This document shows, in pieces, positions 1 to 19,817 of a DNA stretch of 64,000 nucleotides (the first letter of the stretch is position 1; each line of letters begins with the position of its first letter). A model generated the notes under the pieces. It had not been told where the DNA came from, made no database searches, and saw only the letters and a program-made list of their open reading frames with translations. The stretch is from the human T2T-CHM13v2.0 reference genome, Homo sapiens. Location: the NCBI RefSeq assembly GCF_009914755.1, contig NC_060930.1. One strand, given 5' to 3'. Both the position numbers and the translations under genes were made by a program.

Positions 1-387
1 AAACAAAATTTGCTTACAAATTATAGTTTGATACAATTATAAAGTAATAAATGGCATAAAGTTACATAGATTATGTATCACTTGGCTGACCATCTGGTGC
101 CTTCCAAAGGCTGCCAAAACTGCTGCAAGCCAGGCTGAGGCTTGAAGAACCCCTGAATTCCTGCATCTAGAAGGATGCAGGTGTCTCTTGTCTAGGACAT
201 TTCAAGGAAATGTCTTCTCCCTATTTCCCTGCTCCCGACCAGTTTATACAGATTACAGGGAATCCGTAGGATCTGGAGGCTGAGAGAAAGGTGCAAAAAG
301 GTAGAGTGACAAAAATGGACTTTTAAAAACTGTTCCATCAGGTATTCTTTGGTTACAAGTAAAAGAAAGGTATCCTAACCCAACTTA

Positions 388-706
<319 letters not shown>

Positions 707-1018
707 TAAAAGGGGATGATCAGAAATCCAGAGGGGAAGATCACAGATCCCAAGTAGAGGTCACAGATGTCAAAGTTGTCAGACCACTACTCTCTCCACC
801 TTTCTCTGGGATTGTACAGTTGCTGCATCTGTTGACACATCCAGGCTATGGCTTATCTCTGATGACTGGATTTCCTCATTTATGAGCATGCATACATCAA
901 AAAAAATGGCTGCCACTCCTCACACTACCTGACTCTCCAGCTCTGGTGTCCTCCACTGAGCTAGTTACTCAAAGTCGAAGTCTCTGGGTTCAAATTAGCA
1001 AGCAAAAGAATTGGATTG

Positions 1019-1121
1019 GTGCTCGTATAAATGCACATATACTAAAATTGGACCAATACAGAGAAGATAAGCATAGTCACTACGCAAGGATGACACCCAG
1101 ATTTGTGAGTCATCCCATGTT
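1019..1121 (+). pseudogene. U6 snRNA pseudogene (diverged, near full length)
   Basis: GTGCTCG..GCACATATACTAAAATTGG..ATACAGAGAAGAT.AGCAT...CGCAAGGATGACAC matches U6 including the ACAGAGA box; many substitutions. Confidence 0.9.
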
Positions 1122-1483
1122 AAGGGGGGGAAAAGCATCTGAATGGATTAGGTGTTCTCTGATCCCATCAGCTGTGGCTAGGGAGACAAGGTCTAATGGT
1201 AAGTAGCATAGCTGCCCCTGCCAAGGACTCTGTGGCAGGGAAGATTTTCTGAGATGGGGAAGTGGGTAGGAAGAAGACAATTAGTATCTCAAATTCCTAG
1301 ACACCAAATAGGCTGAAATGGACTTTCTAAGTTGGACTTTTTCAGTCTCTATCTCTCAAGTTGGAGGTTCAGGCTCTGGAGGGAAGAAGGGTCAGATCAT
1401 ATCAGCTAATTTTCCTTATTCCAAAAAAGGCAGGATTTGTGTGTGGCACATATAGTTTGGTTTATTAAAAATTTGAGTGGTCT

Positions 1484-1785
1484 GGCCAGGTACAGTGGCT
1501 CACGTCTGTAATCCTAGCACTTTGGGAGGCCAAGGCAGGTGGATCATTTGAGGTCAGGAGTTCAAGACCAGCCTGGCCAATATGGAGAAACCCCATCTCT
1601 ACTAAAAATACAAAAATTAGTTGGGTGTAGTGGCGGGCACCTGTAATCCCAGCTACTCGGGAGGCTGAGGCAGGATAATCACTTGAACCTGGGAGGCGGA
1701 GGTTGCGGGGAGCACAGATTGTTGCCACTGCACTTCAGCCTGGGCAACAAAGAGAGACTCTGTCTCAAAAAAATAAATAAATAAC
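1484..1785 (+). mobile_element. Alu (AluS-like)
   Basis: GGCCAGGTACAGTGGCTCAC ... A-rich tail. Confidence 0.9.
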
Positions 1786-1854
1786 CAACTAAAACCTATG
1801 TCCAGATAACAGAATAGCTTTTGTTCTTCAGCTCCACATAAAAATATCACTATA

Positions 1855-2142
1855 GCCGGGCACAGTGACTCATGCCTGTAATCCCAACACTTTGGGAGGC
1901 CAAGGGGGCGGATCACCTGAGGTTGGGAGTTCTAGACCAGCCTGACCAATATGAATAAAGCCCGTCTCTACTAAAAATACAAAATTAGCTGGGCGTGGTG
2001 GTGCATGCCTATAATCCCAGCTACTCGGGAGGTTGAGGCAGGAGAATCGCTTGAACCTGGGGAGGTGGAGATTGTGGAGAGCCGAGATTGTGCCATTGCA
2101 CTCCAGCCTGGGCAACAAGTGAAACTCTGTCTCAAAAAAAAA
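1855..2142 (+). mobile_element. Alu (AluSp/Sq-like)
   Basis: Alu body; TSD ATATCACTATAG at 1844-1855 and 2426-2437 encloses the Alu plus the TA array. Confidence 0.9.
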
Positions 2143-2144
2143 GT

Positions 2145-2430
2145 TATATATATATAGATGGTATATATATATAATATGGTATATATATATAGATGGTATA
2201 TATATATATGGTATATATATAGGTGGTATATATATAGATGGTATATATATATAGATGGTATATATATATACAGATGGCATATATATATATACAGATGGCA
2301 TATATATAGATGGTATATATATAGATGGTGTGTATATATATATATAGATGGTATATATATATAGATGGTGTGTATATATATATATATAGATGGTATATAT
2401 ATATAGATGGTATATATATACATATATATC
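2145..2430. repeat. Compound (TA)n-GATGG tandem repeat at the Alu tail
   Basis: About a dozen units of (TA)n followed by GATGG or variants (GATGGC, GATGGTG). Confidence 0.95.
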
Positions 2431-2439
2431 ACTATAGAT

Positions 2440-2749
<310 letters not shown>

Positions 2750-2769
2750 TAAAAATATCCCTAGAGGAG

Positions 2770-4920
<2,151 letters not shown>

Positions 4921-5119
4921 GAAAAAGATATATATATATCCTGAGAAATAATATATTTATACTCATAGTTTATTGTTCCAATTATTCCAGCTTTTATCTT
5001 TCTCAAATAAGAAGAGTGCAGAATAAGCCATAAACAGAAGTTAAACAATTCTTTAATATTTTCATTCTATTGCCCTAATTATAATACCATTCTATGTGAT
5101 TAAAAAAAAACACACACAT

Positions 5120-5494
<375 letters not shown>

Positions 5495-5544
5495 TTACTT
5501 CTGATTTTTAAATTTGTGGTGATCCCTTGCTTTTATTAATTGGC

Positions 5545-6466
<922 letters not shown>

Positions 6467-6601
6467 TTAAATAAAACAAAATGAAAAATAAAGTAATAAT
6501 TTTTACTCAAAATGTTAAAGGTGTTGCTCCATTGTCTTTAATCTTCCAATGTTGCTGTTGAGAAGTTCAATGCATTCTGATTCTTTGTTCTTTGATTGTG
6601 A

Positions 6602-6825
<224 letters not shown>

Positions 6826-7072
6826 CCAATTTTTAAAAAATCTCAGCAATCCTAGCTTTAATTTCCTAGCATTCTTTTTTGTTCTCTGAATTCTCCTTAT
6901 TCATAGTATTCTGGTTTTGTGTGATTGTTCTGTTTTTTTTTTTTTTTTAATGGATAGAGTGCTTTCTCTTATTTGTATGGGGTATAATGATGGTCTTTTA
7001 TCCTTGGAAGTTTCCTTCTACTTCCTGCATTATTTCTGTTTCCTCTGGTTTCCTTTTTTGCCTATTTACTTA

Positions 7073-7846
<774 letters not shown>

Positions 7847-7972
7847 CCCAAGTTCGTTTTTTTAAGTTGGAATGAGTCTCGATTGTAGATACATGTCTTT
7901 TACTTAGGGCTACTTCACTTCTACAAAGTAGAAGCTTCCTAACTCTGGGAAACATAAACCTGATTCTGCTTG

Positions 7973-8271
<299 letters not shown>

Positions 8272-8566
8272 TGATTCTGCTTTCTATAATTACACATTAG
8301 ACTTTGAGAAGGTAGGGTGTGTAGGGCTGATTTCTCCAAGAATTTATAAATTACATATTCTAAAGAACTTATTTCCCATAACACTTGACTTAAAAACTTA
8401 CCATGAAACAAATGGCATCACCTGGAGCTTAAGAAGTTCATTGAAGGCCTGGTGAGAGACAATAGCCAAGAACAAATAAAGAGGGCAGAAGTCCAGGAAT
8501 GTATTTCACATAGCCAACCAAAAAAACATGAAGGCCAAAAACAAAGCAAAACCAGTTACCACTAAT

Positions 8567-8870
<304 letters not shown>

Positions 8871-9945
8871 TAAACATTATAAATGACAAAAAAATTAAGA
8901 GTAAATAAAGCTTTTGTAAATATACAAAAGGAACCTGCACACTTCTCAAAAGTCCTTTTTAAAAAAATCTCTGCAGGAAGAACTAATTCCTCAGTGCATC
9001 ATTAAAGTGAACCAGTTAATGTTGATGAAGCTACAAATAATGGCTCAGTTGTAATACAGTGGTGAAGCATCTAATTCCCCCAAAAGACCAATAAATTATA
9101 AATGTTTTATACAAAAAAATCTTACTATGAGCAGTAAACTCAGTAATTGAATTTGTATAAATATTTGTCCTCAGAAAACATGGGCTTTTAAATTTCAATC
9201 TGACAGATGTTTTGAGATAGTGATTGGTGGAACCCCAATCATGGGGTCGGACCCCAACAATAGTGATTAATGGGACCCCTTAACTTTCTAACTTTGTCTA
9301 CCAGTGGCCTAGAAAGACTAGGGAAGTGTTGGGAGTTTCTGTGACTTCATTTTGTAAACTCTGACTAGCATCACCCCTAGACACAGCAAGAGGGGCCCCT
9401 GCCCTTAACCTGGCTTGTCACAAATAAATGCCAAAATGCGTTTATAAAATAACACACAGATACCTTTGTTACTTGGAATCCAGCATACAGGCTGGCATTG
9501 TATGACTTACAAACTTAAACATCCACTCCTGGAAATAACACCTATTAGACCCCAGGGAAACACTTCACATCACTTGCTCTATGTCTACAAAACAAAAGGC
9601 AACCGAATACAAATGCCATAAAGCTTTATGGTTTCTGCAGCTGTTGAAGTAGGAGAAAGACCTTGCTTTGGAATGTGGGGAGGATTCCAAACAGCAGAAA
9701 CAGATAAAAGACAAAATAATTAGCTTGTCAAATAAGTTCTTCCTCTCAGTGTGAATGCAATAGCTTTTGGCTTAATAGAGTATCTTTTCCTAGTGTCAAG
9801 CATTTTCTTGCTTTTCTTAGGACACCAGAGATGCCCACAAATTAGGATGAAATTTCAGATGGGTAGCTGAGGAACATTTTGCAAAACTGAGCAATTTTAT
9901 ATTATTCTTAAATGTTTGTATAGATGTAACAAAGTATGATACTGA

Positions 9946-10296
<351 letters not shown>

Positions 10297-10310
10297 CAAA
10301 TTGCAGATAG

Positions 10311-10663
<353 letters not shown>

Positions 10664-10926
10664 CTTCATTAAATTTTCAAAAAATTAAATTAAAAAACTT
10701 CAGCCTTATCTACATAATTTTAATTTTAAGTTTTATTAATTTTAGTTCATTTATTGATTGTTTTAAAGTTTTAATAGATAATCAAGGTTACAGGAAATAC
10801 AGCTTTTGGAAATATCTGAAAATAATTTCCTGATTATTTTACAATTTCCATAAAATAATGGAAATGTAATATAAAATGGAAATGTAAAGGTTTTTTAACA
10901 TGCACCTTAATTCATATTTTATACAC

Positions 10927-11411
10927 TGTAGGGATCAAAAGAGGGCTTTCCCCTTGGCCCTCTGAAGGTTCACTGAAAATCACTGTCATGAGGCAGTTTA
11001 ATGGAAGAGCAGGCATACAAATTTATTTAACAAGTACACAACGAGCACAAGAGGAAAATCACAAGTCATCGCCCACCCCCATTGTGATTCAGAAGCTTAC
11101 AGACCACGCTAGCAAAACAGGTTGTGGAAGTAGGGAAAATAATTCTATTACTAGGGAGAATGAATGGATTAGGGAACAGGGATTAAACTGTACATGATCC
11201 TGTGAAAAGCTATGTTCAGGTGTAGTTACATTCCTGGCCTTCCAGGGAGGAGAAAAAAATTAATTTTTTTTGATGGTCTGGATCTTAGGAAGATAAAGGA
11301 ACTCCTGTTTTTCAGAGGGTGGGGGAAGGGAGGGGTGTAAGTCAGAGAGACTTTGAGACTTCCTCAGTTCACCAAGCCATATATGGTGGTATCGGTTTCT
11401 GAGCTCCAACA
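10927..11411 (-). mobile_element. Solo LTR, ERV1 class (MER39/MER34-like)
   Basis: TG...CA termini; 4-bp TSD ACAC at 10923-10926 and 11412-11415; minus-strand start TGTTGGAGCTCAGAAACCGATACC; subfamily from memory. Confidence 0.75.
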
Positions 11412-11419
11412 ACACTTTC

Positions 11420-11915
11420 TTTTTTTTTTTTTGAGACAGAGTTTCACTCTTGTTGCCCAGGCTGGAGTGCAATGGCGCAATCTTGGCTCACTGCAACCTC
11501 CGCCTCCCCGGTTCAAGCTAGTCTCCTGCCTCAGCCTCCCGAGTAGCTGGGATTACATGCGCCCAACATCGTGCCCAGCTAATTTTTTGTATTTTTAGTA
11601 GAGACGGGGTTTCACCGTGTTAGCCAGGATGGTCTCGATCTCCTGACCTCGTGATCCACCCGCCTCGGCCTCCCAAAGTGCTGGGATTACAGGCGTGAGC
11701 CACCGGGCCTGGCCCAACAACACTTTCTAAACAATTACTTTTTCTTTCTTTTTTTCTTTTTTTTTTTAGAGACTCTCTCGCTCTCTTGCCTAGGCTGGAG
11801 TACAGTGGCTCAATCATAGCTCACTGTAACCTCAAATTCCTGGGTTCCGAGCAATCCTCCTGCCTCAGCTTCCCAAATAGCTGGGACTACAAGCATGAGC
11901 CACTGTGCTAGCCCA
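11420..11915 (-). mobile_element. Alu (11420-11713) followed by an Alu monomer (~11737-11915)
   Basis: TSD CCAACAACACTTTCT duplicates the LTR end, so the Alu postdates the LTR. Confidence 0.85.
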
Positions 11916-11982
11916 ATTAGTTTTTTAATCATTTAAATAACAGAATAAGTATAGTTGAGATTATAACATAAAAAGTAAATAC

Positions 11983-12314
<332 letters not shown>

Positions 12315-12599
12315 TTAAAAAAATTTCAAAAGAAAAAATAAATTTAAAAACATTCATAGAGGCTGTCTGGTTAAATATTTTAAAACTGAAATAATGAAAG
12401 TGTTCATGAACCACATAAAATCTGCAAACAGCACATTACAAATTCTTTGTTTACTGAATATTTAATTACTGATGAAAATGAGTAATTACTAATGGAAAAT
12501 TACATTGGCATATTTTGCTAGGACAATGGTCAACCACATTGCTTATAAATGGCCTTGTCCATTTCCATTAAGTTCATTGTTCATCTTTTCTTATTTATT

Positions 12600-13048
<449 letters not shown>

Positions 13049-13374
13049 CGTCTTTTCTTATTTTTAATCTTATATCTGCTGTTAAATATTTAATTCATCC
13101 TGGGAAACATTATCACTAAATGTGTTATATTCTGAGCCTTTTATTCTCTCTTATTAGTTTCACTTCCTTCTGTTACTTGTCTTTCACCTATGTCTGATAA
13201 ACTGAAATACAGTACTGAACATTGAGGAGAGTCTTATCAAATAAAATTATATTTTCACTTCTGGTATATCTCCTCTATCCATATTAGTTACACCAAAGAA
13301 GACAAACAGCTTTTGGGACAGATTATACATAGTTACTTTTGTTTCACAGTTAAACTTAAATTAATGTAATTCAA

Positions 13375-13676
13375 GGCCAGGCGCGGTGGCTCACACCTGT
13401 AATCCCAGCACTTTGGGAGGCCAAGGTGGACAGATCACCTGAGGTCAGGAGTTCAAGACCAGCCTGACCAACATGGAGAAACCCTGACTCTACTAAAAAA
13501 AAAATACAAAATTAGCCAGGTGTGGTGGCGTATGCCTGCAATCCCAGCTACTCGGGAGGCTGAAGCAGCAGAATCGCTTGAACCCGGGAGGCGGAGGTTG
13601 TGGTGAGCCAGATTGCGCCATTGCACTCCAGCCTGGGCAATAAGAGCGAAACTCGGTCTCAAAAAAAAAAAAAAAT
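13375..13676 (+). mobile_element. Alu (AluSp-like)
   Basis: TSD TTAATGTAATTCAA flanks. Confidence 0.9.
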
Positions 13677-13695
13677 TTAATGTAATTCAATGTAA

Positions 13696-14652
<957 letters not shown>

Positions 14653-14699
14653 AAGAAAACCATGTTTTTAACACCATCAATGTGACAGATTTGTGAAAC

Positions 14700-14921
14700 C
14701 AGAGGCATGCTGGTAAACGTTTAACAACCGGTAAGTGTTTAACAATCACCCAGCTGAGGGTATGGAGAACCCTGATTGTAGTTTGCCAATTTCACTGATG
14801 TAAATGCTCACAACATGGCTGCTTTCAAACCACCACTGTGATGTCAACTGACTCCCCAAATTTCTGAGAGTGTAACGATTAGTTCTCAGAAACAGTAGGA
14901 AGCCAGTTCCAGCACACTACT
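14700..14921. mobile_element. MER63A-like hAT DNA transposon (MITE)
   Basis: Imperfect TIRs CAGAGGCATGCTGG / CCAGCACACTACT and internal GTAAACGTTTAACAACCGG typical of MER63. Confidence 0.7.
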
Positions 14922-14944
14922 TGGTCACTTTAAATTGAATCTAA

Positions 14945-15262
14945 GGCCAGGTGTGGTGGCTCACACTTGTAATGCCAGCACTCTGGGAGGTTGAGGTGGG
15001 CAGATCATCAGTCCAGGAGTTCAAGACCAGCCTGGGGAACATGGTGAAATCTGGTCGCTACTAAAAATACAAAAATTAGCCAGGCATGGTGGCACTTGCC
15101 TGTAGTCCCAGCTACGTGGGAGGCTGAGGTGGGAGGATCACTTGAGCCCGGGGAAGTTGAGGCAACAGTGAGTTAAGATGGAGCCACTGCACCCCAGCCT
15201 GGGTGACAGAGTGAGACCCTGCCTCAAAACAAAAACAATAACAAAACAAAAACAACAAAAAA
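14945..15262 (+). mobile_element. Alu
   Basis: Alu consensus motifs. Confidence 0.9.
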
Positions 15263-15349
15263 AGTTTCCATATCTTGTTTTTATAAGGAAAGTGGTTTTT
15301 GTTCCTTTCTTTTTTTCCTCTTCTTCCAGGCTAGACTGTGGACAGATTA

Positions 15350-15555
15350 AGCCAGCTTCAATAATGAGAATAAAGACTTTACTCTATGGTCAAAATGGGT
15401 TAGAAGGAACCTGGTTCCCTGAATGATCTCATGGAACAGAGCTGCCTACTCACCCTAGACTACCTGTCTACCTCTGTACTGTTATGTGAGAGAGAAATAA
15501 ACCTTAATCTTTGAGTTATTGTATTTGGGGATCTCTTTGCTATAGTAGCTTAGTG
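15350..15555 (+). mobile_element. MLT1-type MaLR LTR fragment
   Basis: ATGTGAGAGAGAAATAAACC...GTATTTGGGGATCTCTTTGCTATAG 3' motif typical of MLT1. Confidence 0.55.
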
Positions 15556-15559
15556 ACTT

Positions 15560-17000
15560 CTCAGAAGAGGCAACATTTAAGCTAAGATCTAAATGACAAG
15601 AATGAATAAGCCATACCAAGAGGGAGAGAAAGAGCATTTCAGATAAATGAAAATGACCTAAAGGGAGACAGGTCAGTACGGATGGAGTACAGAAAGTGAA
15701 TGGTAGAGATGAGGTTGGAGGATAATTAATTCAGGACCAAATCAAATAAGGGTTTGAAGGCCAGGGTAAGAAATTTTGATTTCAATTGTAATGGGAAACC
15801 CCTGGAGAATTTTAATAAGTGTCATAATTGGGCTTATTTTTTAAAAACATCATTCCATCTTGGGCTATGGAGACATTTAAAAAATTAAAACAAAAAAAAT
15901 CACTCTAGCTGCTCTGTGTTAAACCAAGTGAGGTGGCAAAGTGAAGACAAACACTACTATAGTTAGAAAGCTACTGCAATAGTTCAGGGGAGCTAATTTT
16001 GTGCTCTGAACTAGGGTGGTGGTAGAAATGAAGACAGAGAGAACAAATTCTTGAAATGTTTTAGAAATATCAACAAGGCTAATGATGAGTTGGATGTAGG
16101 ACAATGCAGGAAAGAGTGGAATCATTGATGATTTTGAGTTTAAGCAACTGCTGTATAACGAGGTGATTTGTTGTGTAAAGGGTGGACCATAAAGAGGTAA
16201 GAAGAGATAAGAGTGGAGACAAAGAGGTCAGTGGAAAGCTTGAGTTGAAGACAGCTGAGTTTTTGTAATTTGTTTTGCTTTTGTGGGGAGGAGGCAGATT
16301 TTGCTGTGAAAAGTAACAGCTCTTTTCTAATAATGTTAGCTTCTATATGCTTGTTAGGCATTCAAGTAGTCAGGCAAGTGTCTCAAAGGTTTGAAATTCA
16401 AGGGAGATGTCTGGGTTGGAGATATAAATTTGAAAGTCATTAATACTATGGGCAGGTCATAAAGCCATGGACTGGATGAGGTAGGTCACCTAGGGAGAAA
16501 ATGTATGTAGAAAAGAGGACACAGGCATAGCCAAGAGCACTGCAGCATTGGGAAGAAAATTTCCAAGGAAAACCAAAAAAGAGAGATGTCACGAAAGCCT
16601 GGAGACTTTTTTCTAGAAGGAAGGCATAGTTAATTGTGTCAGAAGCCATTGAAAGATTGAGTAAATGGGGATTGAGACCATTCACTGGTCTCAATGGCTT
16701 TGGCAACCACTGGCTTTGGCAAAAAGTGGGCCTTGAGAATTGCCATTTCAGTCAAGTGCTAGGAATAAATACCCATTTGGAGAATTTGAAGGAGAGATGA
16801 GGAGGTAGGGACCACACATACAGACATGTCTTTACATCTTTTAGGGAGTTTTGCTGTTAAGGGAAGCAGAGAAATTCGGTGATAACTGAAGGTAGAAGTG
16901 GGGTCAAGTAAGGATTTTTTTAAAATTTGAGTAAGATCTTAATAGGAATGATTACTAAAGAGAATAAAGGGAAGATGTACAATCAGAGGTATCTTAAGAA
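15560..17000 (-). mobile_element. Ancient L2 LINE fragments
   Basis: Purine-rich strand with L2-like motifs (GAAGGCCAGGGTAAGAAATTTTG, GGAGATATAAATTTGAAAGTCAT); highly diverged. Confidence 0.55.
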
Positions 17001-17695
17001 GGCCTAGTGAATGGGAGTCCTTTAAGTGTTTTATGTGCAAAGTGCTATAGCCAATGAGGCATTTTTAAAAAACTGGAAATCTGGGGGAAAGATGGTCACT
17101 CTTGATAGAAATGGGGCTGAGAAGGGAAATCATTTTAGAAATAATGGTAAATGTATTTTGGACATATTGAGTTCAGGAAAATATTTAAGCAAAGATTAAC
17201 CAACTTAGTACAAGGGATTTTTATTTTTATTATTTCTATGATCTGAAGAGAAACCAGAGTATACAAGGAATTTTGAGCTTCAAGATAACAAGAAAAATGA
17301 TATATTTTACAAAGGACCAATCCAGTTGGTAGACTATTTAAATTATCCTATATCAAATTAATAAGGATTTACTTTGCCAAGATTCTTGGCACTTTTATAT
17401 TAACTTAAATTGCACTGGGAAAAAAGCATAATAGTAGTTGAGAAGCAACTAATTATAAGCAATTATAAGCCAAATTATGTTTATACCACAATTAGTGTTT
17501 GAGGTGGTTTAGTAGGCAGATTCTTCAGTAAGAACCATCAAATAATTGAACAGCTTGTAAAACACAGAAATACTTCTTTTATCTTTATTCCAAGTAGAGT
17601 AACCACATTCTTTTATCATTATAAAATAAGCAACATTTATTATCTTTTGTCCCAATCCGCAGTTTGAGTTGGATGCTTATAAAACATGGCAAGAG

Positions 17696-18000
<305 letters not shown>

Positions 18001-19320
18001 CTAGCTCACAACATAGCTTCTTTCAACAGGTTTCACGGAGACACGTGAACCACGTTCTTGTAAGACAAGAGCTATTCTACAGGGTATCTAGAGTGCAAAC
18101 CGAAACCATGTCTTTTTCAGTGGATTTTTCATGTTGACATCATCTTATTTCACTTTGGGGAAAGTTTTTTTCTAAGGATGATAGCGAAAAGTCCTTTTGT
18201 CTTGTGACAATAGCAATTTTTATGTCAGCTTGGGTTTTTTTCCTCCCATATTCCCAAGTAAAAGTAATAACTTTGTTACCAGTTTTGCCATCTGAGGTTA
18301 AACTGTTTGACCATGGCTTGACGACTATTTTATACTTAACACTTATAAAATATTAGACTGATAGTTATTTAAGTTACCACCAGTGATAGCTCTGGAATCC
18401 CTGTTTTATTAATTTCCAGGTAAATCCTTCTTAAGCACATGGGAAGATAGCACTGTAAATTTTGGGGGGTAAGGAGAACCTCCATCAATTAATACATCAG
18501 CTTGATAAAATTCAAAGAAAAACATGATCAAATAAGTTCAGATTATATTTAACACATTCAGTTTCTAGAAGTAGTTTTGCTGAATAAATTCCCACCAGTT
18601 GAGCTAATGGAGCAACGGAGCTGCCAGTGCTTCCCGGAGGCTGCTGTGCTCAGCCAATTCGGAGGCATGGCGAGCCACACGGTGGGAGGTGGGTAAAGCC
18701 GGGGCCCTCCAAGGCTGGGCGCCACGTTGCTTTTCTCTTCTGAAATAGGAAGACAATGCTTCTGGCTATTGTATAAACCAGCCGAGGACTGCTTTCATTC
18801 GCACATCAGCCAAGGCGTGAGCAGAATTAAAGCGCCTTCTAATTCGACCCCTGGCAACGTGCGCGTCACGGACAAATGTTTAGTTTTAACGCCTGGCTGC
18901 GTTCGCCTTGGGAAAACACACTTTTAAGAATGGCCAAGTACCTCAGCAGTCGCGGTGAACTGCACAAGATCAAAACCACCACGCCAACCCAGCGCTGGCC
19001 ACCGTCCCCGCTGAACCCCGCCAACACCCCTAAGGACCCACCCATGTTTTCTGCTAATCATTTTTTTTTTCTAAACAGCTCTGCACAGCCTTTCCTCATT
19101 CCGTTCCCGCTCTCCCCACCCACTCTGCATTCGATCCGAGGTTTCTAGTCCCCAGCTGGACATCACAGCACCAACTCCCACTCAGGAGCCGGCCAGAGCC
19201 CGAGCCGCAGCGCAGTGGGCAGCTCCCCGCGCTCTCCGCCAGGCCCTCGGCCAGCCAGCCGCCACTCGGCCGCGAGTGATTGACAGGCGGCAGCAGCTAT
19301 AGGCCGTGGAGGTGGGACGA

Positions 19321-19363
19321 TGCGTCACTTCCTGGTCTTTTGGGGGGAGCCGGGATATATAAG
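19321..19363 (+). promoter_or_regulatory. AMD1: AMD1 core promoter: CRE/AP1-ETS composite (19321-19335) and TATA box (19356-19363)
   Basis: TGCGTCACTTCCTGG and TATATAAG ~28 nt upstream of the expected TSS (~19384). Confidence 0.8.
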
Positions 19364-19397
19364 GGCGGTGCTCACGCAGCGCTCTCGCTTACACAGT

Positions 19398-19418
19398 ATG
19401 GCCGGCGACATTAGCTAG
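19398..19418 (+). CDS. AMD1: Regulatory uORF MAGDIS (polyamine-dependent arrest peptide)
   Basis: ATG GCC GGC GAC ATT AGC TAG near the cap site; established mammalian AdoMetDC uORF. Confidence 0.97.
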   Translation: MAGDIS

Positions 19419-19707
19419 CGCTCGCTCTACTCTCTCTAACGGGAAAGCAGCGGAATACAAGAGACTGAACTGTATCTGCCTCTATTTCCAAAAGACTCAC
19501 GTTCAACTTTCGCTCACACAAAGCCGGGAAAATTTTATTAGTCCTTTTTTTAAAAAAAGTTAATATAAAATTATAGCAAAAAAAAAAAGGAACCTGAACT
19601 TTAGTAACACAGCTGGAACAATCCGCAGCGGCGGCGGCAGCGGCGGGAGAAGAGGTTTAATTTAGTTGATTTTCTGTGGTTGTTGGTTGTTCGCTAGTCT
19701 CACGGTG

Positions 19708-19817
19708 ATGGAAGCTGCACATTTTTTCGAAGGGACCGAGAAGCTGCTGGAGGTTTGGTTCTCCCGGCAGCAGCCCGACGCAAACCAAGGATCTGGGGAT
19801 CTTCGCACTATCCCAAG
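19708..19817 (+). CDS. AMD1: AMD1 exon 1 coding part ([22 protein letters not shown]...TIPR)
   Basis: [12 protein letters not shown] AdoMetDC signature; donor AAG|GTGGGT. Confidence 0.97.

Noticed and set aside
1019-1121. Functional U6 gene
   Set aside because: Many substitutions in invariant regions, no clear upstream TATA/PSE and no T-run terminator.
9215-9280. Imperfect direct repeat ATAGTGATT..ACCCC with a short GGGGTCGGACCCC hairpin
   Set aside because: Too short and degenerate to support a function.
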